DNA from: Desulfobacteraceae bacterium
GTDB taxonomy: Bacteria; Desulfobacterota; Desulfobacteria; Desulfobacterales; UBA11574
Reading direction: 5' to 3'
Length of the DNA: 37,494 bases
Assembly: GCA_030604635.1 (NCBI GenBank)
Contig: JAUVVL010000003.1
Span: 1-37,494, forward strand
Each line of letters opens with the position of its first letter. Position 1 is the stretch's first letter. The translations under genes were made by a program, and so were the position numbers. Positions 11,475-19,750 of the stretch are shown piece after piece. The notes below the pieces were generated by a model. It did no database searches and was not told where the DNA came from. It saw only the letters and a list, made by a program, of their open reading frames with translations.

Positions 11475-12011
11475 CTAATCGGCAAGCTGCGCCTTGGTAA
11501 TTTCCTGATATGGAATAGTGACTGTTTTATCGTCAACCGATAGTTTTACAATCCCGTCTGATATGCCCAACAGGACACCTTTGAAATTTTTTTGCCCATC
11601 AATAGGTTGAGCGGTCATGATTCTTGTCCGGCTTCCTTTGAATCTCTCAAAGTCGAGCTTTTTCACCAAAGGACGACTCGGTCCTGGCGATGAGACTTCC
11701 AGGCTGTATGGCCCGGTGTTTTCAAGATATACATCCAGGAGATCGCCCGATTGGCGGCTTACAAATACACAGTCATCAAGTGTAACCCCGCCGGGACTGT
11801 CTATGTAGAGGCGGAGTATCCTGCCTCTGGCCTCCCGTTGAAACACAAGATGCACCAGTTCAATTCCCTCGGCTTCACACAGCGGTTCTATTAAATCTTT
11901 TACCCGGGCAATAATTTTTTCCTTTCTTTCCAGAGACCAATTTTCATGTTTCTGGCTCTTGCCCCTGGATTCCGTTCTTTTTTTCTTTGTTTTTTTTCTT
12001 TGACCTTTCAC
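11475..12011 (-). CDS. rimP: Ribosome maturation factor RimP
   Basis: LRLYID..GGVTLDDC and YSLEVSSPG motifs; GTG start uncertain (basic N-terminal extension). Confidence 0.95.
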   Translation of the reverse strand: MKGQRKKTKKKRTESRGKSQKHENWSLERKEKIIARVKDLIEPLCEAEGIELVHLVFQREARGRILRLYIDSPGGVTLDDCVFVSRQSGDLLDVYLENTGPYSLEVSSPGPSRPLVKKLDFERFKGSRTRIMTAQPIDGQKNFKGVLLGISDGIVKLSVDDKTVTIPYQEITKAQLAD

Positions 12012-12034
12012 CGGTCTCTTTACTTGACTCCTAG

Positions 12035-12063
12035 AAAAACAAAAAACGGGCTGTCGCCCGTTT
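12035..12063 (-). terminator. rimP-leader hairpin followed by a U-tract (intrinsic terminator/attenuator)
   Basis: Minus strand AAACGGGC-GACA-GCCCGTTT then TTTGTTTTT, about 25 nt upstream of rimP. Confidence 0.7.
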
Positions 12064-12210
12064 CATTCCGTACAGGTAGATCTTTTGGTGGATCGAGAAA
12101 CTTTAACTGTTCATGTAAATAACCATAAGCAAAAAATTAACTCCAAACCACACATACATAGCCAAAAGCTTTACCCCATAACCTTTACAACGAAAAAGGC
12201 GAACTTTTAA

Positions 12211-12285
12211 TGGAGCGGGCAACGAGATTTGAACTCGCGACTCCAAGCTTGGGAAGCTTGTACTCTACCACTGAGTTATGCCCGC
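12211..12285 (-). tRNA. tRNA-Gly (anticodon CCC)
   Basis: Minus strand GCGGGCA..CAAGC-TTCCCAA-GCTTG..GTTCAAAT..TGCCCGCTCCA; 75-nt cloverleaf with encoded CCA. Confidence 0.97.
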
Positions 12286-12299
12286 ACATTAACAAACAT

Positions 12300-12328
12300 T
12301 AAATATTACAAAAATGTTTCCTTGTCAA
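12300..12328 (-). promoter_or_regulatory. Probable sigma70 promoter for tRNA-Gly
   Basis: Perfect TTGACA (12328-12323) followed by an AT-rich -10 region whose exact hexamer is ambiguous. Confidence 0.5.
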
Positions 12329-12351
12329 TATATTTCGGTAATAAATCTAAT

Positions 12352-12449
12352 TGAGGGGTCGGGGAGTTTTATCGAAAAGTTGCCCTCAATTAAGCATAAT
12401 GGGTGATCAGATGTAAAAGCGTGTGCTGTTTAACTCCCCGACCCCTCAT
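12352..12449 (-). ncRNA. Candidate ~100-nt small RNA with 17-bp paired ends
   Basis: Perfect inverted repeat TGAGGGGTCGGGGAGTT at 12352-68 / 12432-48, directly downstream of a TTGACA-16-TATTCT promoter. Confidence 0.45.
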
Positions 12450-12455
12450 ATGAAC

Positions 12456-12483
12456 AGAATATATTCTATTTGATAGTTGTCAA
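12456..12483 (-). promoter_or_regulatory. Sigma70-like promoter
   Basis: TTGACA (12483-12478), 16-nt spacer, TATTCT (12461-12456); predicted +1 near 12449. Confidence 0.55.
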
Positions 12484-12504
12484 GGTGGATTGACCCGAAA
12501 TAAA

Positions 12505-12578
12505 GTGAAGCTCCCCGCCCTAAAGGGCGGGGGTTCTGCCTTCCGGCAGTGCTTCGCGGCGGGGAGCAGACCGGTCAA
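12505..12578 (+). mobile_element. Non-autonomous IS200/IS605-like remnant (family C), internally deleted copy
   Basis: GTGAAGCTCCCCGCCCTAAAGGGCGGGG hairpin ... GGAGCAGACCGGTCAA; near-identical to 18250-18387 in inverted orientation. Confidence 0.65.
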
Positions 12579-12591
12579 AAGGCAGGTTTTA

Positions 12592-12939
12592 TCAGGAAAT
12601 AAGGTCCAGGATGCTTTCGAGTTCGGAGCGGATCTCATCGAGTGTGATGGTTGAAGATTTTTTCATTTTTTCAGCAGGTTTGGTTTTAAGGTGTCGCTTT
12701 GCGCCCTGGATCGTATATTTTTTTTCATAGAGGAGATGCTTGATCCTTAGAATCAGCTCAATATCACTTTTTCTGTAAAGCCTCTGGCCTGAAGGAGTCC
12801 GTTTGGGATTTATTTTTTTAAATTCGGTTTCCCAGAATCTTAGAACATATGCCGGAACCCCCGCTATTGCACTGACTTCTCCAACCTTGAAGTACAGCTT
12901 GTCTGGCAATTCTTTTTGATAGGACGTATTGTTTTGCAT
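12592..12939 (-). CDS. MerR-family transcriptional regulator
   Basis: PDKLYFKVGEVS, VLRFWETEF and GQRLY motifs; the type normally found after pheT-ihfA. Confidence 0.92.
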   Translation of the reverse strand: MQNNTSYQKELPDKLYFKVGEVSAIAGVPAYVLRFWETEFKKINPKRTPSGQRLYRKSDIELILRIKHLLYEKKYTIQGAKRHLKTKPAEKMKKSSTITLDEIRSELESILDLIS

Positions 12940-12965
12940 TTTAAGGGCAACAGCTTCAAAGGAGA

Positions 12966-15386
12966 CTATTCGGCCGGCAAGGTTGCATCAAACTCTTTTA
13001 GAAGCCTGTCTGTAATATTTTTATGAATGTGATTTACCTTGTCATCTTCCAGGGTTTCATAGGAAGATCTGTAGGTTATTCTAACCGAGATGCTTTTTTT
13101 CCCCGCAGGAATCGGATCACCTTCAAAGACGTCAAATAAGTGAAAATTTTCCACCAGTTCTTCATCAAGAATTTCAACGCTTTTCAGGATCCTGAACGCT
13201 TCAATATCCTTATTTATAATCAGTGTAATATCCCTCGACGTTGCCGGAAACTTCGGAATGGGCTGTGCTGACTTCGTGTCAGGCATGAGGGTGATAAGTT
13301 GGTCGAAATTGAGTTCAAAAATAAAAGCTGTTTGCTTCAGATTATAATTGCGGAGCACTTTAGGATGTATTTCTCCTACAAGGCCTATCAAATCGTTTTC
13401 AACGAAAATCCGGACCGAATATCCGGGTTTCGTGTAAGAACAGGATTCCGGCGGCATGCGGGTAAACGTGATGTTAACGATATCCAGGTTCATTAACAGC
13501 TCTTCAACAACGCCTTTTAAGTCATAGAAATCACAATTGATTTCCTTGGAAAACCAAACAGAATCGACCCTTGCCCCTGTCCAGAGGCAAGACAGCATTT
13601 CAACCTCATCAGGCTGACTGTCCTCCTGGCCGGTGTTATAAAAGACATTGCCGATTTCAAACAGTTTGAGATTTCTGTTTTGCACCGAAATGTTGTAATT
13701 CATTGTTTCAAGAAGTCCGGGTATCAGAGACGTTCGCATCACCGACTGATCTTCAGACAGCGGATTTAATATGTCTACTATGTGTCTTCTGGGATCATCA
13801 GGTTCGAGTTCGAGACGATCACATGATAATTTGCTGATAAAACTATAATTTATTGCTTCGGCAAACCCCAGACCAACCATCAGACTCCTGATCCGATCTC
13901 TTGCATCGATCTTTATTGAGGGCTGTCTGTTGTCGGCAGGTATTAGCGGATAGGTTGTTTCGATGTTGTTATAACCGTACAGGCGTGCGATTTCTTCTGT
14001 AAGGTCTTCAAATCTGCTGATGTCGACTCTACAGGAGGGGGGAGCGACCTGAAGTTTGTCATCGTCAATTTTCTCAACGCCAAATTCAATCGATTTTAAG
14101 TGGTTTTCAATTTCAATTGCGTCCAGACGGGTGCCGAGTCGGCGATTTAAGGCTTTGACGCTAAGAGGGATCATCCTGTCAGGAATAGGGTTTGGATACT
14201 CATCGATAACACCCTTAATAAGCTTGCCGCCGCCGATTTCAGCTATAAGTTGCGTTGCTCGATTTAATGCCGTGATGGTGCCGCCGGGATCAACGCCACG
14301 TTCGAAACGGTGTGATGCGTCTGTATTTAACCCTGTTTTTTTTGAAGTTTTTCGAATGCAGACCGGATCAAAATATGCACTTTCAAGGAGAATTCTTGTG
14401 GTGGAATCTTCAATTTCCGAATCTAGCCCGCCCATTACGCCTCCAATGGCAACCGACTTTTCACCGTCACAGATCATAAGCATTTCCGGGTCAAGTTGGC
14501 GTTCTTTTCCGTCCAGGGTAGTAAGGGTTTCACCTTTCTTGGCTGTGCGGACTACAATCCGGTTTTCGGCAAGGCGGTCAAAGTCAAAGGCATGAAGAGG
14601 CTGACCTGTCTCCATCATTACGAAATTGGTTATATCAACAATATTGTTGATCGGCTTTAAACCCACTGAAATCAAGCGGTCCTGAAGCCAGAAAGGGGAC
14701 TCTCCAACTGTAACATCAAAAACAAGGCTGGCGGCATATCTCGGACAAAGATCAGGGTCTATTATCGTTACAGAGGTGAAATTGGTAATGTCATCGAATG
14801 ATTCCGGCAGGCGGATTTCAGGGTATTTAACCTTTGTTTTCTGAATCCCCGCAATTTCGCGAGCCGTTCCGATGATACTGAGACAATCCGGTCTGTTCGG
14901 AGTCAGGTCAATTTCAATTTCAAAGTCAGACAATCCAAGGGCCTGGTTAAGGGGATCACCCACCGAAAGATTCCGGACAAATTCCATAATACCGTCACTT
15001 TTAGCACCGAGTCCCAGTTCGATTTCGCTGCAAAGCATCCCTTCAGATACCTCTCCATGGATTACACTTTTTTCGAGGATGGTTCCTTTCGGCAGACAGG
15101 TGCCGGGCAGGGCGCAGGGCGCAAGCATATCCTTTTTGACATTGGGCGCACCGCAAACAACAGGGATTGTGTTGCTGCCGACATCCACGAAGCAGAGTTT
15201 CAGCTTATCGGCATTGGGATGGGGGCTAATCTCGACAATCCGGCCAATGACAACACTGTTAAGATAATCATAGCGGTCTGAAAAGGCTTCAACTTCAAGT
15301 CCGACCATGGTGAGGGCATCAGCCAGGTCGTTTACATCTAAATCGACATCAACGTATTTTTTTAACCAGTTTAAGCTGACCTTCAT
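12966..15386 (-). CDS. pheT: Phenylalanine--tRNA ligase beta subunit
   Basis: HPNADKL, SEGMLCS, TPNRPDCLS, GQPLHAFD, FERGVDP motifs and C-terminal FDX-ACB domain. Confidence 0.98.
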   Translation of the reverse strand: MKVSLNWLKKYVDVDLDVNDLADALTMVGLEVEAFSDRYDYLNSVVIGRIVEISPHPNADKLKLCFVDVGSNTIPVVCGAPNVKKDMLAPCALPGTCLPKGTILEKSVIHGEVSEGMLCSEIELGLGAKSDGIMEFVRNLSVGDPLNQALGLSDFEIEIDLTPNRPDCLSIIGTAREIAGIQKTKVKYPEIRLPESFDDITNFTSVTIIDPDLCPRYAASLVFDVTVGESPFWLQDRLISVGLKPINNIVDITNFVMMETGQPLHAFDFDRLAENRIVVRTAKKGETLTTLDGKERQLDPEMLMICDGEKSVAIGGVMGGLDSEIEDSTTRILLESAYFDPVCIRKTSKKTGLNTDASHRFERGVDPGGTITALNRATQLIAEIGGGKLIKGVIDEYPNPIPDRMIPLSVKALNRRLGTRLDAIEIENHLKSIEFGVEKIDDDKLQVAPPSCRVDISRFEDLTEEIARLYGYNNIETTYPLIPADNRQPSIKIDARDRIRSLMVGLGFAEAINYSFISKLSCDRLELEPDDPRRHIVDILNPLSEDQSVMRTSLIPGLLETMNYNISVQNRNLKLFEIGNVFYNTGQEDSQPDEVEMLSCLWTGARVDSVWFSKEINCDFYDLKGVVEELLMNLDIVNITFTRMPPESCSYTKPGYSVRIFVENDLIGLVGEIHPKVLRNYNLKQTAFIFELNFDQLITLMPDTKSAQPIPKFPATSRDITLIINKDIEAFRILKSVEILDEELVENFHLFDVFEGDPIPAGKKSISVRITYRSSYETLEDDKVNHIHKNITDRLLKEFDATLPAE

Positions 15387-15387
15387 G

Positions 15388-16395
15388 TTAAAACTGCCTT
15401 AAAAATCTTAAATCATTTTCAAAATACTTTCGGATGTCATCAATGCCGTATTTCAGCATGGCAATCCGTTCTACGCCCATTCCGAAAGCAAAACCGGTAT
15501 AGCGGGTTGTATTGTATCCGACGTTTTCAAACACCGCTGGGTGAACCATTCCGGCGCCGAGTACTTCAAGCCAGCCGGTATTTGAGCACACCCTGCATCC
15601 TTTTCCTTTGCATATTACGCATCGGATGTCGACTTCGGCGCTCGGCTCGGTAAAAGGAAAAAAGCTGGGCCGGAATCTGAGACTGGTCTCTTTGTCAAAC
15701 ATCTGGTGGGCAAATGTGGTCAGTATCCCCTTAAGGTCGCCGAATGATACATTTTCATCAACAAGAAACCCTTCAACCTGATGAAACATGGGAGTGTGCG
15801 TCAGGTCGGAATCACAGCGGTAAACCTTGCCGGGTGCAACAACTCTCACCGGCGGTTTCTGCTTTTCCATTATCCGGGGCTGGGTGGGGGAGGTATGTGT
15901 TCGAAGGACAACATTCTTTGAGATGTAGAAGGTGTCCTGCATATCCCTTGCCGGGTGATTTTTGGGAATATTGAGGGCTTCAAAGTTGTAATAATCTGTT
16001 TCAACCTCAGGCCCTTCAGCAACATCAAACCCCAGCCGGATAAAAATGTTGCATATCTGATGGGAAATCTGAGTAATCGGATGCAATGATCCTTGATGGA
16101 GGGCTCTTCCGGGCAGTGAAACATCAATCTCGCCGGCTACTTCATAAGAGGCTGTTGCAAATTGTTTTAAGGCTTTATTGAATAATGCCTCTAAAGTTTT
16201 TTTTGTCTCGTTTGCCTTTTTCCCGGCTTCTGGCCTGATTTCCAGGGGCAGACTAGAGATATTTCTCAAAAATCGAGTGACCGCGCCCTTGCGGCCAAGA
16301 TATCGGACTGAAATGGCTTTGATGCTTTCACTATCTGAAGCAGCTTCAAGCTCCTTCAGTGCTTCTTCTTTAATCTGTTCAATGGTTTTTTCCAC
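15388..16395 (-). CDS. pheS: Phenylalanine--tRNA ligase alpha subunit
   Basis: [24 protein letters not shown] and [10 protein letters not shown] motifs. Confidence 0.98.
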   Translation of the reverse strand: MEKTIEQIKEEALKELEAASDSESIKAISVRYLGRKGAVTRFLRNISSLPLEIRPEAGKKANETKKTLEALFNKALKQFATASYEVAGEIDVSLPGRALHQGSLHPITQISHQICNIFIRLGFDVAEGPEVETDYYNFEALNIPKNHPARDMQDTFYISKNVVLRTHTSPTQPRIMEKQKPPVRVVAPGKVYRCDSDLTHTPMFHQVEGFLVDENVSFGDLKGILTTFAHQMFDKETSLRFRPSFFPFTEPSAEVDIRCVICKGKGCRVCSNTGWLEVLGAGMVHPAVFENVGYNTTRYTGFAFGMGVERIAMLKYGIDDIRKYFENDLRFLRQF

Positions 16396-16434
16396 TGCTG
16401 TGCTCTATTTATAACCGCATATATAATATTCGAG

Positions 16435-16785
16435 TTAGAGCTGTTCTGACGCTAAACCGACAATCCGGGCAAATCCCGAAGGATCAGATATTGCCAATTC
16501 AGCAAGGACTTTTCGATCCAGCTCAACACCGGCAAGTTTTAACCCGTGAATGAATTTGCTGTAGGATAGATTGTTCATGCGTGCCGCCGCATTAATCCTT
16601 GCGATCCAGAGTCTACGGAAATCACGCTTGCGTACCCTGCGATCCCGATAGGCGTACATGAGTGCCTTGTCTACAGCGTCGGTTGCGGTGCGAAATAATT
16701 TGCTACGGCCTCCGCGATACCCTTTGGCCAGTTTTAAAACCTTTTTTCGACGTTTTCTTGCTTTATATCCTCTTTTGACTCGCAT
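16435..16785 (-). CDS. rplT: 50S ribosomal protein L20
   Basis: MRVKRG, YAYRDR and LWIARINAA motifs. Confidence 0.98.
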   Translation of the reverse strand: MRVKRGYKARKRRKKVLKLAKGYRGGRSKLFRTATDAVDKALMYAYRDRRVRKRDFRRLWIARINAAARMNNLSYSKFIHGLKLAGVELDRKVLAELAISDPSGFARIVGLASEQL

Positions 16786-16846
16786 ATATCTTCTCCATTA
16801 ATACAGAGCTGCTTTTATCTCCCTACAAAGAGTGAACATCCACTTA

Positions 16847-17044
16847 CTATCCATTCGGAAGGAGCAACCTTATCCCCTTTTTATTGGTTTTGTCAACGAT
16901 TTGGCTTTGCCTTAAAGACCGTTTCCGTTTGGTGGTTTTTTTTGTTAAAATATGACTTGCATGTGATTTCGCAAAGACGATTTTACCTGTACCAGTTTTT
17001 TTAAAACGCTTTGCGGCAGATCGATTTGTCTTTATTTTCGGCAT
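16847..17044 (-). CDS. rpmI: 50S ribosomal protein L35
   Basis: [21 protein letters not shown]; position between infC and rplT. Confidence 0.98.
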   Translation of the reverse strand: MPKIKTNRSAAKRFKKTGTGKIVFAKSHASHILTKKTTKRKRSLRQSQIVDKTNKKGIRLLLPNG

Positions 17045-17078
17045 GTTTTCTTCTCCATTTTTTCAATTCTTTATTTGT

Positions 17079-17134
17079 GATGGTCTCGTAAAAAGCCAAA
17101 ATTGCGATGGCAAAGTAAAAAGCTCTAATTCAAA
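17079..17134. repeat. Truncated family-A element end
   Basis: GATGGTCTCGTAAAAAGCCAAAATTGCGATGGCAAAGTAA matches the reverse complement of 18119-18158. Confidence 0.65.
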
Positions 17135-17264
17135 CATATATGGCGCGAGCCATAGACAGATACAAGCCCACGCCATCTTCATGAAAAAACAATCAACTTG
17201 GCAACACTTTGTAATAAAAAGATTTGTTTATCGTTTGCAGGAGAGGATTGTATAACCTCTTAAA

Positions 17265-17816
17265 TTATTTGGGCAATTGTTTTGGCGCTAGAACCATAAC
17301 CATGGAGCGGCCGTCCATTTTTGGATTCTGCTCCACCGATGCAATTTCTTCGGTTTCGTTAATAATCCTTTCTAGCAAATCTTTGCCGAACTGGGCAAGT
17401 GTAATTTCGCGTCCCCTGAAAACGACTGTTACCTTAACCTTGTCCTTTCTTTCAATAAACTTTTTGATATGATTGATCTTGGTTTGCAGATCGTGTTCGC
17501 CGGTCTTTGGTCGTACCTTTATTTCCTTGAGCTGAAACGTAGCCTGTTTCTTTTTTGCTTCCTGTCTCTTCTTGGTCAGTTTATATTTATACCGACCATA
17601 ATCCATTATCTTGCAGACAGGAGGATTGGCGTTGGGAGAAATTTCCACCAGGTCAAGACCAAAATCATTGGCAACAGCAATTGCCTTGTAAGTGGGGATA
17701 ATGCCGATCTGCTTGCCTTCAGGGTCTATTACTCTGACCTCTTTTGCCCTGATATTTCTATTAATATTTATTCTATTTGATCTGTTTGGCCTATTTTTAT
17801 GTTTTGGTAAAACTAT
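17265..17816 (-). CDS. infC: Translation initiation factor IF-3 (non-canonical AUA start)
   Basis: Frame stays open upstream of the listed ORF (INRNIRAKEVRVID...LDLVEISP) to ATA at 17816, preceded by AAGGAGGTGA; 183 aa. Confidence 0.93.
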   Translation of the reverse strand: MVLPKHKNRPNRSNRININRNIRAKEVRVIDPEGKQIGIIPTYKAIAVANDFGLDLVEISPNANPPVCKIMDYGRYKYKLTKKRQEAKKKQATFQLKEIKVRPKTGEHDLQTKINHIKKFIERKDKVKVTVVFRGREITLAQFGKDLLERIINETEEIASVEQNPKMDGRSMVMVLAPKQLPK

Positions 17817-17968
17817 TCCTTCACCTCCTTAGCTGTAATTTGTTAGCAACGAAGTCGCAAAAACTAAAAGAAATATTTAATATGATTTTCTAAGTTCCTT
17901 CGTGCCTTGATAGCGGAAATCCGCCAAAGTTCGGTGGCGGACTGTCATAAAGTTATGAAATTAATTAT

Positions 17969-18158
17969 GATGGCTTCGTAAATCACGCTTGAGCGGGACT
18001 GCGTTGCGCTTCATTTCGTTGTCATTGCGGCGTACGCTAAGTACGCACCCTTCGGGTACCGCGTTAGCGGGATGACACAAAATTCGTGCGCCTTGAATTT
18101 GGTCCCGCCCAGGCGGGATTACTTTGCCATCGCAATTTTGACTTTTTACGAAATCGTC
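17969..18158. mobile_element. 190-bp family-A MITE with 6-bp target duplication
   Basis: GATGGCTTCGTAAA ... GACTTTTTACGAAATCGTC ends; AATTAT at 17963-68 and 18159-64. Confidence 0.75.
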
Positions 18159-18249
18159 AATTATTAACGGACTAAAATCCTTGCCTATATAACAACATTA
18201 ATAAATGCAAGAAAAAAATGCAAGGAAATAAAACTCGATATTTCAGAAT

Positions 18250-18387
18250 TTGACCGGTCTGCTCCACGCAATCCCCGCCTTTTAAGGCGGGGTCGAGGGG
18301 AGCTATATGAAATTGAAAAAATCCTTACCGGGCTGCGAAGCACTGCCGGGAGGCAGAACCCCCGCCCTTTAGGGCGGGGAGCTTCAC
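18250..18387 (-). mobile_element. 138-bp non-autonomous IS200/IS605-like element (family C, PATE-like)
   Basis: Two subterminal hairpins, CCCCGCCCTAAAGGGCGGGG and CCCCGCCTTAAAAGGCGGGG; ends in GGTCAA; no TIR, no transposase; second copy at 12505. Confidence 0.7.
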
Positions 18388-18568
18388 ATCCGGCACTAAT
18401 ATTTGACAATGTCTCGGTTACGTCAACAAATCAGCAATGAATTTGGTATGATGCATAGGTTCTATATCAAAAACATAATCGAGTCGCGGCAGGGCGGGCA
18501 CTTTAGGCACTCATTTATATTTTATCACCAGTGGGCTCCAACAATTTGTATAGAAACTGCTAAATTCT

Positions 18569-19078
18569 TCATGAGATATCCGAGCTGAGCGTATATCTTG
18601 CTAAAAGGCTTCCCTGCCAGTATGAATTTTCCGGATTTTGAAAAAAAGCCTTGAAAAGTTCCAGGCTCTCTTTGCGCAAGATATTCGGCACAATTGAAAT
18701 CCGATGATTTTTATAAAGTGGCGACAGTTTTGTCAAATCACACCTTGTTCCTCCTCCCATTACGTCTTCATAGGCGTAAACGATTTCGCTGATACCGCTT
18801 AGAATCAGGGCGCCCATGCACATCAGGCAGGGTTCTAAAGTGGTAAAAAGGATGATTCCGTTTTTGTCCGTATTTATTTCCAGATTGATCAGGCGCTTTA
18901 ATGCTATCATTTCGGCATGTTCAATTTCATTTGGAAAATCTCCTGCGGTACCTTTTCTAGAACCGGTTGCCAGAATCTTGTCTTGATGTACCATCACACA
19001 GCCTACCGGAAATTCGCCCACAGAAAGTGCTTTTTTTGCCTGGTCCAGTGCTTTTCCCATGAAGTGCTCATAATTCAT
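18569..19078 (-). CDS. Nucleoside/cytidine deaminase-family protein (TadA-like)
   Basis: GEFPVGCV, HAE and EPCLMC zinc motifs; start moved to ATG 19078. Confidence 0.88.
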   Translation of the reverse strand: MNYEHFMGKALDQAKKALSVGEFPVGCVMVHQDKILATGSRKGTAGDFPNEIEHAEMIALKRLINLEINTDKNGIILFTTLEPCLMCMGALILSGISEIVYAYEDVMGGGTRCDLTKLSPLYKNHRISIVPNILRKESLELFKAFFQNPENSYWQGSLLARYTLSSDIS

Positions 19079-19103
19079 AATAACTATACGCCTCTTTTTA
19101 TAA

Positions 19104-19657
19104 TTAACATATGTTGTCATCACACAGACAGCTGTCGTCGACTTCAAAAGCATAAATAATTTTAGATTCCATTGTAGCCTGTTTGGCCGAAATCGGATTA
19201 AAATGTGTATCGGCAACTCTGTCAATGAGTTCGGATCTGTCAGGTATCGATTCAAGGCCGGATGAAATTACCTTACCTGTCGCACCTTCAATAATATCTG
19301 CCTCCTTACCGTTTGTAACAACAACCACCGGCACCTGATAGGGCGCCACAAGTCTCGATGCTGCAAGTGCAGGGCGGTGCCTGGTTACCAGAGAGCCGGG
19401 GCCATATTTTACCATCATGCAGATTCTGCCGGACAGGGTAACTTTAAAATCAATCTTTACAATAGCTTTTTGTTTTCAGCCTTTACAATAAGTTTACAGC
19501 GGGGTTCGATTTCCTTCTTAAGGTATCCTTTATTATTTACAAGCAGGCGAGCCAGTTTCTGTCTGTACCTTTCGTCATGAGTATCTTGAATGGTTGTGCC
19601 GGAGGTAAAATCGACCAGTTCGCCGAGTATGAGATGATGGCTTTGTGTTTTTTTCAT
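19104..19657 (-). pseudogene. HsdR N-terminal-domain (HSDR_N_2-like) protein, frameshifted
   Basis: Two ORFs (DTHDERYRQKLARLL..KGY and KIDF..KY..VVTNG) join if one A is added to the A5 run near 19467-71. Confidence 0.7.
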
Positions 19658-19750
19658 TACGATTAAGTGAGGACGGGGTTTTCAGGACATAATAAAAAAT
19701 GGTTTTCAGGATGTAAAGTGCCAAATACTTCTTTACAATTTATTTTGCCT

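Noticed and set aside
18185-18409. 74-aa ORF (CEAPRPKGRG..)
   Set aside because: Translation of the IS200/IS605-like hairpin element
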